A DNA stretch of 64,000 nt. Origin: Cycas panzhihuaensis. Its lineage: Eukaryota; Plantae; Cycadophyta. The notes under the pieces were generated by a model, which was not told the origin of the DNA, ran no database searches, and saw nothing but the letters and a program-made list of their open reading frames with translations. Of this stretch, positions 39,478 to 53,358 are shown in pieces. The DNA is taken from NCBI GenBank assembly GCA_023213395.1, contig CM041465.1, forward strand, positions 34,169,741 to 34,233,740. The letters run 5' to 3'. Every line of letters begins with the position of its first letter. The first letter of the stretch is position 1. The position numbers and the translations under genes were made by a program.

Positions 39478-40089
39478 CATGTGCAGATAGATTAGACTAA
39501 TTGTAAGTACGACTTAACCAATACGACCAAACCAGTGCAAGTGTGACTAGATCAGCTGCACGTACAACTAAATCAACCATAGGTGTGACCGAACCAGTTG
39601 TAGATGTGACCAGACTAGCCATAGGTGTGACCAAACTAGTTTCAAGTATGACTAGATCAACCGCGGGTATAACCAAACTAATTACAAGTGTGGCCAGACT
39701 AGTGTAGGTGTGACCAAAAGACACATAAGTATGATTAGGGTGGTTAAAATATGACTTGACGTATTAATTATAGTGTAATAGAAGTGGTTGTGGAACCACT
39801 CAAGGAGTAAGAGTAGTTATAACTATAAAAGATATATTTATAGTCATATTGTGAAGGGAAAGAGACATATTTGAGTGTGTGAGGAGTTTCTTTTTTGTGT
39901 TGTTTGCCACTTATACTACAACATTTTGTACTCTATCTTGGCCTGTGTCTAGTTGTGAGAGGACCAGATGCAGGGCCTCCTATTAATAGAATTAGTTTTT
40001 AGGCTCTGTATTCTTTGAGCCATTTTATCTGCTCAATGTTATTATGTATATTGTAATATTAATAGTTAGGGCAGAAAGTAGGGTACCCA
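39478..40089 (+). repeat. 5' LTR of E2, with a 21-bp tandem repeat
   Basis: Aligns with 48444-49082. Units ~GGTGTGACCAGACTAGTTGCA, 39500-39730. Confidence 0.9.
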
Positions 40090-43000
40090 TCAGTTCCATT
40101 GCTGGCTATCCAAATGTAGGAGGAGAAGGATGAGTGTTCAAGAATAAGGAATTACAAAAGGGCTATCCATACCACCAAGAGTGAACTCTACAAGGAAAAT
40201 AGAGACATGACAGGAGTGAAGCCAAGGTTAGGAAGTAGAGAAATTATAGGAAGGGACCACAAACCTAAGGAACCCATGGAGAGGAAGCAGGTAGGAAGAA
40301 GACAACTTATAAAGGGGCAATAGGAAGAAAGTCTGACCCCAAGAAAATGAGAAGATCAGAGTAAGGAGAAAGAAGAGGAGATAGGAGATCAATCCTAAGC
40401 AGAAACCTAAAAAGGAAGTGAGGAAGATCAAGCGAAAATTTAATTAAGGTATACAGAGGATAGAGCCCTAGAAGAAGAAAAAGATAAACAAGTAAGCACA
40501 GAAGAAGAAAGATCGACAAGATTTGAAGTTTATAGTACCACTGTGGTAGGATGGGACTGCCATATTATGGAAATTAGGGATTCTTACTCTCACGTTTTGA
40601 ATCCATTATTCAACAAAATAGTATAAATGATTTTTGGTACATTTTTCTTGGGAGGAAGTCCATAAAGTATAAATGTTACTCCCCCTAACATAATAAACCT
40701 TGTAGGAGGAGGGCGAGTTTAGGAGTTCTAAAGGGGAATACAAATAAGAATTCACAAAGTGGCCTAAGTTCAGTGGGACTAGTGAATACAACGCAATGAT
40801 ATATGGTAGGGGGAAATCAAGTAAACCATTGATATATTGTCATTCAAAATGATGCTATATTCGAGCACCTACAATTTCATGGCTCAAGTGACCCAAGAGA
40901 CCATTTAGCCCTCTTTCCAATATGTTAAAAATAAAAAGACTTCAAGATCCTAAAGAGATTAAAGCTCAATTTGTTTCAATATTAAGAGGAGTTGCAATAG
41001 ACCAGTACTAGTATATTTCAGTAGCCAATCTAATATGGGAGGTGATTCAGACATATTCTTGGATAGGTTCCAAAGGCTACATGATCCAATGGCTATTTTT
41101 TAGGCCTTGGAAGAAATTAGGCAAATACTAGGTGAGTTTGTTAATGACTTTGATGGTAGATTAAGAATCATTATGAATAAAATGGATCATGTGATTCCTA
41201 TGAATCCTATGTTATCCTTGAAGTATTTTATCCAAGGATTGTTACCCCACCTAAAGGAGAAAGTCACTTTGCATCCATTAAATAATTATAAGTAAGTAAA
41301 AGACTTAGCTCTAAGGTTTAAAAATAAAATCAAAACAGGATACCTACAGCTAGGTTTTCAGATGGTTGGATAAACATTGGAAAATATTTCTTAATGGGAA
41401 ACAAATTCTAAGCTAGAAGCATTGAAAAAAGAGATTGAAATGTTAAAACAGTAGCCATTTACTTTACTTCCTACAATAAATCAACTAAACCAAAAGATTA
41501 AAAGGTTAAGAACTGAAGTAGCTAGATTGAAATTAGAGAAGATATGAGAAAATATATGGTGTCCTCCACCTTGTGGATAAGTTGGATATCTAATAAATGA
41601 GCATCCATAGTTTCTAGAAAAGAAATGGTGTTAAATATATAGATGAAATAATCATAACACCTGGAAGTTTTATCATAGGACACTAAGAAATGAAGTGCAA
41701 GATTCCTTTTATTAAAAAATAGATCAAAATTCCTTTTAAACAATATAAAGGAAAAAGAAACTAGTATAGTGTCATTTATGCTCCAAATGGGGTTATTACC
41801 GGATAGATTATCCATTACAAAAGTAGGAAGGAGACTATATTTATGAAGAGTGTGGTCTAACAAACCACGAATAGGTGAATTTCCACAAAAATATTGGTCC
41901 CAAAATACAAACTTCTAATCTGGCAACAAAAATACTAGATGTTGAGCAACCAATGTATGTGTAAACGAGGAATAGAAAGACAACTTCCACACCAGTCGAA
42001 GAGAATTTTATGAATCTAGTGATAGAGAAAAGGAGATTATAGGAAGTAATACAAGCCTCATAGGAAGTAATAAAGACAATCCAACAAGAAGTAATAAATC
42101 AAGCAAATAGATACAAAGGGCAGGTATATCAAAGAAGAACAACCTTTCAGGGAGAACAATTAGAGAAAAATCCTTGATAGAGGTTGCACGAAGTGAAGGA
42201 TCTTGTAATGGAATTAGGAGTCTTAGTTCCCATTGCTACTATCTTCAGGTGGTGGGAGGCAGGATACTTTCAACAAGTGATACTAGATCATATTGAGAAA
42301 CTATTGCTATGAGCCTTGAAGACCAAATCCATTGATCCCAGAGTTCGAATGACTCTTCCTAGAACAAAAATTTACAAAACCATTGTGGATGGTGGATCAG
42401 GAGTAAATGTACCTCCTAAAACAACATGGATCTCCTTGGGAAGGCTTGAAATGGTTTCCCTAAATTATGCCATAAGATTAGCAAATTAGTTATAGGTGAG
42501 ACTAACGGGGACTTATTGAATATACTAGTGGAAGGTGCAAGCATTTCAGTCTATTTAGACTTCACAGTAATAAGGATGCAAAATCATCAAAAAACCTACC
42601 CAACATTATTGGGAAGACTTGGCTATTGGAAACTGAGTCCTTATAGGATTAGGAAAGGCTAACATTCACTTTACATGCAGCAGGAAAGAAAGTAGTACTT
42701 TCCCTCTATTCATACAGTCCCTAAATTGAAAAGGTAGAAGATGTAGATACAACATCTACTACAACAACCACACCAGTAACTACTATAAGTCCCTACTAAG
42801 AAACAACATTCCAGGCCTTGAAGACTCTGCCTCATCTTCTAAGTGAAGCCTCATCGACATATATATTAGATTAGTTACAAATATCATAGGAGGATATAGG
42901 AGCAGAAGCACTAAACTATTACCACCTAGAGTTATGTAAGGACAATTTAAAGGATATGATGGAAGCTAGACAAACTTCAAATCAATTAACTTAGGAAGAA

Positions 43001-46000
43001 AAACAAATAGGTAACATGAAGAAAATTGAGGAGTTACCTCAGTATTAGGGGAAAAGAGGGGGATCAGAAAATTATATAAAATTTTTTGTTGAAATTTTAA
43101 ATGATAAAAGAGATGATCAGTTATATTTATTTGTTTTGACTCTATTTAGACAAGCACTATAATGGTTTAGAGCACACTAGAATTAGTTTTCTAACTGGGT
43201 AGATTTGAAAATCTACTTTTGATTCATTTCAAAGTTTTGATGATCAAATTCCCATGTTTTAAAAAGATCCTAAACAACATGTTCAGGACTGTATAACTAT
43301 GTGGGAGAGGATTCATAGGCTCGAAAGGAAATAGGTACATCAGTTACCTATATCCCTTATAGGTACTAGCCTGATTTACTACCTAATAGAAGAAAGAAAA
43401 TATCAAGGGAGTTGGGATTGGGTAGAAGCAGTTAAAGGATTTATAAAGACTTTTTCTTCTCCCTTATCAAAGGTGGAAGACTATCATCAGTTAGAAAAAG
43501 AAGAGGAAAGGAAGAATTCTCCTACATCTTACTCCTATATGGAGTATGTATAAAAGGAAATTTATCAAACTTCAGCTTACCAGTTATAATCAGATGGGAA
43601 AACTATTCAAAATGAGGAGTTATAATTGAAAGGAATTAACATTAGATCAGAAAAAGATCCTAGGATGATAACCATTAGAGACTACTAGGAAACATAAATG
43701 ATACAGAAAGAAATAGAACTTTTTATAGAATATAAAGATATCTTTCCTTGATCCTATAAGGACCTCAAAAGAATTCCTCCAAAACTCAAAGAACATAAGA
43801 TTAAGTTACTGGAAAACACCAAGCTAGTAAGATAGAGACCCTACCAAATGAATCCTATATATAAAGAGCAAGTAAAGGAAGAATTAAACAAACTTTTAGA
43901 AGCAGGATATATTTTTAAAGTAGAAAATAGTGAGTGGGTAAGTCCAGTAGTGGTCATCCCAAAAAAGAACAAGAAATTACAAACTTATATAGATTATGGA
44001 GCTTTAAATAAAGCCACAAAAAAGATCCATTTCCAATTCCCTTTATAGAGGATGTATTAGAAAAGGTGGCTAGACATGAGATGTTCTTTTACTGATGGGT
44101 TTAGTGGCTATAATCAAGTTCAAATAGCCCTTGAGGATCAATCCAATATAGCGTTCATGACAGACTGGGGTACTTACATATATACAGTAATGCCCTTTAG
44201 GCTTCCTAATACACCTGTCACTTTTCAAAGAATAATCTTAAACATCTTTTAAGAAATGATAAGAAATACAGTAGAAGTTTTCCTTGATGATTGGACCTTA
44301 TACAATTTACTTAAAAACCATCTAACTTAGTTGAAATTGATGTTAGAAATTTGTAGGAAAAGTCAATTGTGCATGAATATAGAGAAATGTACCTTTATGG
44401 TACCATTCGAATCATTGTTAGGGCACATAGTAATAAAGGAAGGACTGCTGACTAATATAGCCAAAGTTGAAATCATCCTAAAATTTCTAGTTTCATAGAA
44501 TATGAAAAATTTGAAAGGATTTTTAGTGATTACTCAGTACTACTATAAATTTATATGGGGTTATGCCCATATCGCTTACCCCTTAGAATCATTGTTAATA
44601 AAAATAGTGGCTTAGAATTGGACATTGAAGCAATAACTATCATTTGATATTTTGAAAAAAAAGATAGTGGAAGCTCCTGTGTTGAAATTTCTAGATTGGA
44701 ATAAGCCATTTCATGTTCATGTGAATGCTTTGTTATATGATATTAGGTGTATTTTGGCGCAACCAGTAGATGAAAAAGTAGATCTTCTTATCGCTTTTGC
44801 AAGTAGGAAGTTAACTTCTGCAGAATGTAACTACACAGTTACAGAAAGAGAAGGATTAGGTATGATATATGCCTTACAGAAGTTTAGGCATTATTTACTA
44901 GCTAATGCTTTTGTGTTTTTCATGGATCATCAGGCTTTGTAATGTTTAATTAATAAACCAATCTTACAAAGTAGAAGAAGTCATTAGTTAATGCTTTTCC
45001 AAGAATTTATGTTCAAGATTATAGTGAAAAAGGGTGAAAAACACATTGTACTAGACCAACTTTCAAGAATTCAGGAAAGAGAAGCGACAACAAGGGTTTC
45101 AAATGATTTTCTAGATTACAAATTATTATTAGTGGAAGATGTTCCCCCATGGTATGAAGGTATTATTGAATACCTACCAACATAGCAAATGCCATAAGGA
45201 TTGGGTATGATGGAAAGAAAGAGCTTTATTAAAATAACCTTTCCATTTTAATTGATAGGGGGAACGTTGTATAGGATGGGACCTGGTGAGGTATTGAGGA
45301 TGTGCATACTTGAGCATGAGGTGCAGGCTATGCTTCAAGAAGCCTATGTGGGGGCAACATCAACTCATCATGGAAGTGAAGCCATTGTGCAAAGATATTA
45401 TTGGTAGGCCTATGGTGGCCAACACTATTTGAAGACTCAAAAAATGGATAAGAATTTGTGATGTATGTCAATGAATAGGTGAGCCTTAAAAGAATATTTT
45501 TTTACCATTACACCCTATATTAGCTTAGGCCCCATTTGAAAAATAGGGATTGGACTTTGTAAGACCTATCAATCCTCCTACAAAAAGAACCAATTCTAGA
45601 TACATTTTAGTGGCAACTAATTTCTTAACAAAATGGATAGAATCCAAAACTATGAAGACGTGACACTAGAAGCACTGCTTATTTTCTATATGAAATGATT
45701 ATAGTGTGATTTGGTTGCCCATTAGAAATAGTCTCAGATTAAGGGGAGAGCTTTTTGAATCAAACTATTAAACATCTAACAACATAATTTTTGATACAAT
45801 ATGGCAAATCCTCACCTTATTACGTAAGAGCAAATAAGTAGGTGGAAAGCACCAACAAAATTTTAAAAAATGCTTTAATAAACATTTATAATGCATAACA
45901 TACTGACTAGGTAGACATGTTACATTCAGTCCTATGGGTAGATATGACAATGAAGAAAAGTCCTCATAAGCACACACCCTTCCAGTTGGTATATGGATTA

Positions 46001-46610
46001 AAAGCAGTGGTCCCCCTTAAATTTTAGGCAAAAAGTCTTTGGGTAGAACATCAACTAAGATTGGAAGCGGAAGACTCATACGATTAATAGTTACTATAAT
46101 TATTGAGATTATATGAAGAATGTGCTAGGGTTTTATGGGAATTACAAATAGAAAAAAGAAGAAGAAAGGTATGGCATGATGGCCATTTAAAGGTCTCAGC
46201 GTATAAAGTAAATGATTTAGTATTATTGTATGACAATAACTTTAGAATAAAACTAGGAAAAATAAAAGTCAGATGGCTAGGATCTAATAGGAAATCATAT
46301 TTATGAATGGAGCAGTTGAATGGTAAACCATTGACAAAGCTCATCAATGGTAGTAGAATAAAATTGTATAGGTATTAAGAAAAAATGAGCACAAAAATCA
46401 ATGGGATAGATTGTCAAGTTAGTTAATGGTACCCATTAGAGCTAATGATGTGATTAGACAAAGTGGTTAATTTAAGTGACAAATGAAATAATGAAAAATG
46501 GTGGTGGTTGTTAATCAACTACCAAGATTATGGGGTGTACAAAAGTAGGTGTGACCATCATTAGTAATAATGAACCACGACAAGCAAAAAAGACAGGTAT
46601 AATAATCTAA

Positions 46611-46710
46611 TAGGACAGTGCACAAGAATCCCCACACTGATAGGACAGTGCATAGGAGCCTCAACACTGATAAGACAACGTATAAGAGCCTTGACACTAA
46701 CAGGATAAAG
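46611..46710 (+). repeat. 30-bp tandem repeat between E2 integrase and accessory ORF
   Basis: TAGGACAGTG..ACACTGA units at 46611, 46641, 46671, partial at 46701. Confidence 0.8.
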
Positions 46711-48310
46711 TGGGAATAGAGATGTGAGCAAGGATGGTGAAAAACATCATATTTCAAGAAAATGACAATCCTTGTATTTAGGCCAAATAGTGATAAATGA
46801 AAGATGAGGACAGTAGGAAAACAATGATGATTGATATAGGGTTCAGAAGATATATATTAGTTAGTATATTTCCTTATTCAATTAAATTTTTAAATACAAT
46901 AACTTCGTCAGTATCTCAAAGATATTAGATATCTCAGCTGAAGCAATTACAACTGTGATAGGGCTACCTAATATAGGAGAACCTATTAGACATTATACAT
47001 AAATACCAAGGGAAGAAGTAGCGAAGTGATTGGGGGTGAATCTGAAAGAAGTCTCTAGCTCAGGAATTTACATCGAAGGAATCCAATAACTAGAAAAAAT
47101 CTATTTTGCACATTTTATTTTTACAAAGGTGATTTTGATGCAAAAGAATTTATACATCCTTGCAAATTTAAGAACAATAATTAATTAGGTGTCTAAAGGC
47201 ACCCAATATAATTGGGAAATTTTTTTGAAGCAAAGATTCAAGCAAAGTTTATAGATGACTCAGGAGATGATAAAATTACTTACATTTTGTCATGTTACCT
47301 TAATATAAGGCTTGTTATTTGCTCAGTGTCTAAATGTAGAATTACGAAAACTAGAAGGAGGATAGCATTAGCTTGTTGGACTAGCATTGATAAAAATAAT
47401 TAAAGATGGAAGAAAATATAGAATAAGGATGAAATATGGATTCAAAGTCAGTATCAACTATTGGAGATAGAAAAATACGTAATCGAGGTCAAAGAAGAGG
47501 AAAAGGTATAGGACGAAATAAAGAAGGAACAAATCAGACAAGGAAAAAGAAAATTATATGAAGGGAACAAAGAGAGCTAGTAGTAGTGTTGTGCAGATAA
47601 ACCTATAGAGGATCAAGTTGAAAGACAAAAAAGAATAAAGATGGCATAGGAGAAACATAAATAAGAAATTATTAATAAAGTAAAAAATTAACCACCTGAA
47701 GTAGAGTATAATGTGGATAAAGAAATTTTAGAAGAAGGATTAAATCCTTTGGACTATGATCCACAGGATGTATCCAAATAGAGAACTTCATTTTTGGCTC
47801 AAGTAACTAGGCAATTGGTAAGGGAATTAGAAAACAGAACTAGGTAATCTCCGTTAGAAACATAATGGATTAACTAACTAGAGCAACAGTTATAGGAAAC
47901 AGAGAAGAAGTTAGAGGCTTTGAAGAACTTCATATTGCAATGGGTGGATGATGTTGATGAAGTATCACCACAGTTACAATGGTTTAAAGAAAATTTTAAT
48001 CAAAGTATTCTAGAATATTTATAGCTAGTATTCCATCATCTTAAAGCCTATATACTTAAATCATATGAGGAATCACAATGTTGTTTAGAGTTATGGTAAC
48101 AAATGAGAGCATATTGCTTAAAATTAGATACTACCCAAAGGATGAATATAGAGTTATTATAAGAAATTGATCAACTATATTTAGGAGAAAAATTAACACT
48201 TCCATATCTGGATACCCTTTGAGATATAGCTCTTCTATGTAAATATGTGAGGCAAAGGGGTTTCAACCTACCACCCTAGATAGGAAAACCCGATTTAGAA
48301 TTTATCTAGT
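46700..48310 (+). pseudogene. Degenerate accessory ORF of E2
   Basis: KDEDSRKTMMIDIGFRRYI..AITTVIGLPNIG (46943-46978), then an E/K-rich region. Homologous to the E1 accessory region. Boundaries approximate. Confidence 0.65.
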
Positions 48311-48443
48311 AAGAAATAATGAAAATAAAAGAGGACTAGAAAAAGAAAAGTTAATTTTAGATGACGGAAGGTAGAGGAGGTAATAGAAATTTTTAAAATT
48401 TTGAACAAGTGAGGTCACTCATTTAAAAAGATCATGGGAGAGA

Positions 48444-49082
48444 TGTGTGCAGATAAATCAGACCAATTATAAGTGTGATAGGACCAATGAAGGTGTGACT
48501 AGACTAGTTACAAGTGTGACTGGACCAGTGTAGGTATAACTAGATCAGCCATAGGTGCAACTAGACCAGTTACAGCTATGACCAGACCAGTCGCAAATGC
48601 GACTGGACTAGTTGTAGGTGAGACCAATCTAGTCACAAGTACAACTGCACCAATTTCAATCGTATCTAAACTAACCACAGGTGTAACCAAACTAATGTAA
48701 GTGTGATTAGAAGATATGCAAGTATAACCAATGTAATTAAAATATAACTTAATGTATTAATTATAGTGTAATATGACTAGTTGTGGAACCACTCAAGGAG
48801 TAAAAGTAGTTATAACTATAAAGGATGTATTTATAGTTGTATTGTGAAGGGAAAGAGATAGATTTGAACATGTGAGGAGTTTCTTTTTTGTGTTATTCAC
48901 CACTTATATTGTAGCCTTTTGTACTCTATCTTGGCCTATGTCTAATTGTGAGAGGACTAAACATAGGGCCTCCTGTTAATGGAATTGGTTTTTGGGCTCC
49001 ATATTCTTTGTGCCATTTTGTTTGCTCAATGGTATCATGTATAATAAAATATTAATGGTTAAGGTAGAAAGTAGGGTACGCA
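48444..49082 (+). repeat. 3' LTR of E2
   Basis: Follows the PPT, TG...CA, matches the 5' LTR. Confidence 0.92.
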
Positions 49083-49087
49083 TCACA

Positions 49088-49894
49088 CTCATGGATAGTG
49101 CTTTGGCTAAAATTTTATAAGATACATTGGATGGAGTAATGGGCCTTTAATTCATGATGATATTTGAGTCACCCCCTTTGAGAATCAATTTAATACTACC
49201 TTGGTTTATCTTGCTACCTAATGAGCAAGTATAAAAGGCTTCTTGGTATACCTTAAGAAGAATATGGCCTATCAGATCCTAAGTGGCTTTGTTAAATTCA
49301 TAAGAAAATTCATCAACTCTAAGGGCTTTCTCATTAGCCATTTCCTATAGTGTATTCTCTAATTTCCTTAACTTAAGGGGGCATCATAACTATCTCTCTA
49401 AGGCTTTAAGAGTTTATTTAAAATCAACTACATATATTTCTCTAAGATATTACTAGTTTACTTAAAGGGTGATTATGCTTAAAATACTTACAAGTAATAT
49501 AACCTGAATCCTCAATGTTTTCCTCTTATCTAGTTAATCTCCTATTTAGAGTTTTTAGAGTTGTGGTGTTCTCCCTTGAATGTTTATTTGTCAATATAGA
49601 AGAAAAATTTAGAGAACTATTCCCCATCCTTAATCTGATACATCTTAACATGTACTAGAGCCCCTTTAGCTTTTCTAGTCTCTATAGCCTTGAGTTATAG
49701 GGAGAGAATGATTACTTATTTCTAGAGGTTTTTATCAAAAGGATCAACATCTACTATATATTTAGAGAATATCAACTTTCTAGTAGCTTCCCTCTTTACC
49801 CTTTTTCTAAGAAGGGAAATTTTCTTACCATAATATCTGAGGAAAGAGGTTGCTCTACTAACAACTTCCTCCCACCATGTGATCCACCTAGTAG
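49088..49894 (-). mobile_element. LINE 2 continued (pre-RT linker and RT start)
   Basis: Minus: NVSYKILAKALS directly at the E2 junction, EMANEKALRVDEF (KxPGxDG-like), ITWWE. Confidence 0.75.
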
Positions 49895-51353
49895 TATTAG
49901 AAAATAATGTACATTTATATACTTAAATATAATTAGTCACGTAAAATAGTCATAAGTGATTGATCACCAAAAAGGTCAAATGTGATTGGTTGTAAGTGAG
50001 GCACATGCTATCCATATATGCCCACAAAGTACTATATAAATATGTAGTATGTGATATAATGCATGTTAGAAAAATTTCATCATGGTGATGTTAATTTAAC
50101 TAAAGGTATCTCATGATACCATTGATCTTGGGAAAATCTTATGTTGCTTATTTTTCTTAACATGGTATTAAAGCAAAAAAAGACATAAGGAGATGGTATC
50201 CATTTGAAGACTAATGATTGCATGGTTGAAATGGCCAATATTAAGTTAATTCATAAGTTTAATCAATTGCCTTTTTTTTTTCTAGTTTGATTAATTATTT
50301 CATTAGGGCTATTATTAAGGATTTAAAAAGGTGAAAGTACCCTACTAGGTGTGGTATATCTGTTGTCTATTTGATGCAATTCTACTAAGGTATTTTTAAC
50401 TCTGTTTGACCATCATTCTTGTTTCATACCCTATGAGACCATTTGTAAAAAGAAAACCTCATTTTATACCATTTAAATTTTTTTAATATATATGCACTCT
50501 TCTATTTTACTATTTATCTTTGATCTATTCATTATTCAATGGTTGAAACCCTATGCTCTCTACCATATACTTGTGCCACTAATACATTATATCTATGTTT
50601 TATGAGCCACTCATGGTGTTTGTGACCTAATTACTATGAAAATCATGGTTTGTCTATTGCATTCATTAGTGCTCATGTTCTGTTTATTTTTTATACTTAA
50701 GTTCTTATTGTGTAGTCTCCAGAGGATCTATATAAAGCATTGTGTGATCTCTATTTTACTCCATTATTTTATGCCTTAAGCTCTTGTGTGATTTATTGTC
50801 TACCCCGTATATTGCTACGAATGATCTACTTATACATCTATGATCACCTTACATGAAAGATCAAGTCTTCAACCCATCATTCATCATCATCTACATGAAG
50901 TGATTTATTATCAAGCTCACTATCAAAGATTTTTCCCATCCATCTACCATTGCTAGTTCATTGTTTATGTGAATTTTTTTGACCCTGTGCCTTGTTTTCC
51001 TTATTTGAAAGATCCAAGGAAAGAGGATATTTTATTTATAAAGGAGCTATTTTCATATTTTTTGATCTGATTTCAAAGTTTGAGGTAGTTTCAATATTAT
51101 CTCAATTAAATTTCAAGGCAATCTAATCATAGAATTCATGCACATAGGCAAAGATTTAACTTCAGCTTATTTTTAAAATAAATTTATTATTAAATTAAGT
51201 TAAAAAAAAAAAAAAATTGGAGTCTAACCAACTTCTTTCGAGTCAATAAGTGGTTATATTAAGAGCACAAGCAACCTACCACCAACATATCAAAGATGCT
51301 TAGGTCTTTTTCATTTCGTTTTTTAAGGTACATGTACTGTTTTTATCATAACT
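49895..51353 (+). mobile_element. 5' portion (LTR 49895-50162, PBS, long leader) of copia-type element A1; resumes at 57900-57949
   Basis: LTR ends TTAACA, followed by TGGTATTAAAGC. LTR and leader are homologous to A2 (57950 onward). Leader is interrupted at the TAACT target site. Confidence 0.7.
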
Positions 51354-52138
51354 TATTAGAAAATAAGATGAACAACTCTGATACCAAATATTAGATTAAG
51401 CATACTAGCTTTGATTCTATGTTAGAAAATGAATATTCTATGAATAACAATAAATGAAAAGGATGAGTGAATGATAAAGAAATGGAAGTATAAGAAGACG
51501 AATCATGTATATGTTAACATAATGAAATGGAATAATGGATAAACTTTAAATTAGAAAGAAGGTTGATGCACATACTTATAGTATAACTCATCACATATAT
51601 GAGAACCCTCATTGGTCAACTTGTTATGGGCTGGAACCAATTTCTATATGGCACATAACTCAAGAAGACTTCGAATATAAAATATAAATAAACCTAAAGA
51701 GAGTATGAATAAGGATAGTTATGCAATTAGGTATTACATCTAATATTTTCCCCTATAGCAGATAATTATATAAGATGAAATATTACTACAAAAGATACAA
51801 ATATGAGTTTTCAAATGAAAGGTAAAATATAAGCTACTAAAATGAGATAATTTGTTACTAATCCCCTTAAAGTAAACTCCATCTACTAGTCCACATAGGT
51901 AACCAACCATTGTGACCATCAATTAGCTAGAATGTTCCTTTGTATACATGGTATAGTTAGTGCTAAATTGACTTTACTTAGGGAACACATTATCCTACAT
52001 GGCCAACAAGTAAGTTGATGAAGAAATATGTAAAAATAACTAAAAAAGGGTCCCACCACTTGCCTATATAAGATAATATGAGTAACTTCTCCAACTTCAA
52101 TAATTGAAGACATATTGCTTTAAGTCCTTACAATTGGC

Positions 52139-52276
52139 AGCCCATCGAGGCCATTGTAGGCCCTAGCATCATGTTAAAGCCCATAGTGGCATGTTATAAC
52201 CCATGAAAGCATGGGTTATAACATGCCACTATGGGCTTTAACATGATGCTAGGGCCTACAATGGCCTCGATGGGCT
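52139..52276. repeat. Perfect inverted repeat, 67-bp arms with 4-nt loop (AAAG)
   Basis: 52139-52205 is the exact reverse complement of 52210-52276. Confidence 0.97.
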
Positions 52277-53358
52277 AAAATTTTCATCAATAAATATCAT
52301 AACTATGACTAATAATTATATATGACTAAAATATAATGTAAATAACTCTCTCGAATGATAAATTTCAATGTGAAATGGGTTCTCAAGAGCCTAAAATGAG
52401 CCTATATGATAAATTATACATGTTATCCCCTTATTTAGGGTATATTATACTAATAAAATGTATAAAAAATGATATGAAACCTTAGAAAATACATGTATGT
52501 GCCTAAAAATGCTAAAAAAATGAAGAAAAATAAAGTTAAAAAAAAAAACTTTTGACTTCGAGTTAAAATATCTACATATAATCAACTCTAAGTAATGTCA
52601 AGTGACTTGAAAAAAACTGATGATGACTCCTTGAAAGATAAAAACTAGGGGCTTAGCCCCTTTGTTGGCCAGCACGCAGTCATATGAGCGCTACGATATG
52701 ACTAAGGACTAATGCTTAAGGGGTTATGAACTTTAAATAAGATTCTAATTCAATTAATTATATTTTATAAATATAAAAAAAAAAACTTTTCTATAAAGTT
52801 TTGAGGTCTACCAAAGTTGAAAAATAAATGTCAAAATCTTAATCAAATTAAAAGAACATTATATAATCCAAAAATAGGGTTATACTATTTTTCTTTTTGC
52901 ATTAATTTTTTTAGTCTCCATTATTATTATAAGTGTATGAAGATGCGATGAGGGAGATGATGATGATATTACAAAGGCATTCTTTGATGGCTCAAAGGTG
53001 ATCATAGTAGGGGATGTAGCTCATCGATGGTGTCTTTGAGTCTTCTCTATTCTTAACTCTCAAGGGTTCGCTTGGCCTTCTATTTATCTGAATAACTACC
53101 ATTAAGGTAGGTAATTCCCCACACTCAATCTTAAGACCTGGAAATGGTAAATACCATCAATAAATGAAGCATTCATTTAGAAAATATACCAATAGACATC
53201 ATGGAAAGGTTTTCACCAGTATTAGTTCATCGATGATTGATGTGTTCATAGACATGGGTACAACTTAGAATCCTCCAAATCCTTTGAAAAATCTAGATCT
53301 TACGATCGATCCATCTAAAAGATCTCTTTTTATTTAGGGCAGAATGCTAACTCACTCT

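Larger units (their letters stand above)
39478..49082 (+). mobile_element. Full-length degenerate non-chromoviral Ty3/gypsy element E2, related to E1
   Basis: LTRs ~39478-40089 and 48444-49082. TSD TCACA/TCACA (left terminus ambiguous by 2 nt). PBS-like CAGTTCCATTGCTGG at 40091. PPT TGGGAGAGA before 48444. Gag 41107-41295, protease IVDGGSGVN (~42385), RT 43848-44048, RNase H 44652-44942, integrase to ~46375. Splits LINE 2 inside its RT. Confidence 0.94.

Noticed and set aside
39497-39724. Repetitive Val/Thr-rich ORFs (also 48508-48690 and 22193-22405)
   Set aside because: Read-through of LTR tandem repeats.
12394-49082. E1 and E2 flanking the gene in divergent orientation as a composite mobile unit
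   Set aside because: Each has its own TSD and different LTRs, so they are independent insertions. Two elements are too few to infer an orientation bias.
52647-52661. Small GC hairpin AGGGGCTTAGCCCCT as a Helitron 3' end or terminator
   Set aside because: Too short, and no convincing Helitron boundaries or Rep/Hel sequence were seen.
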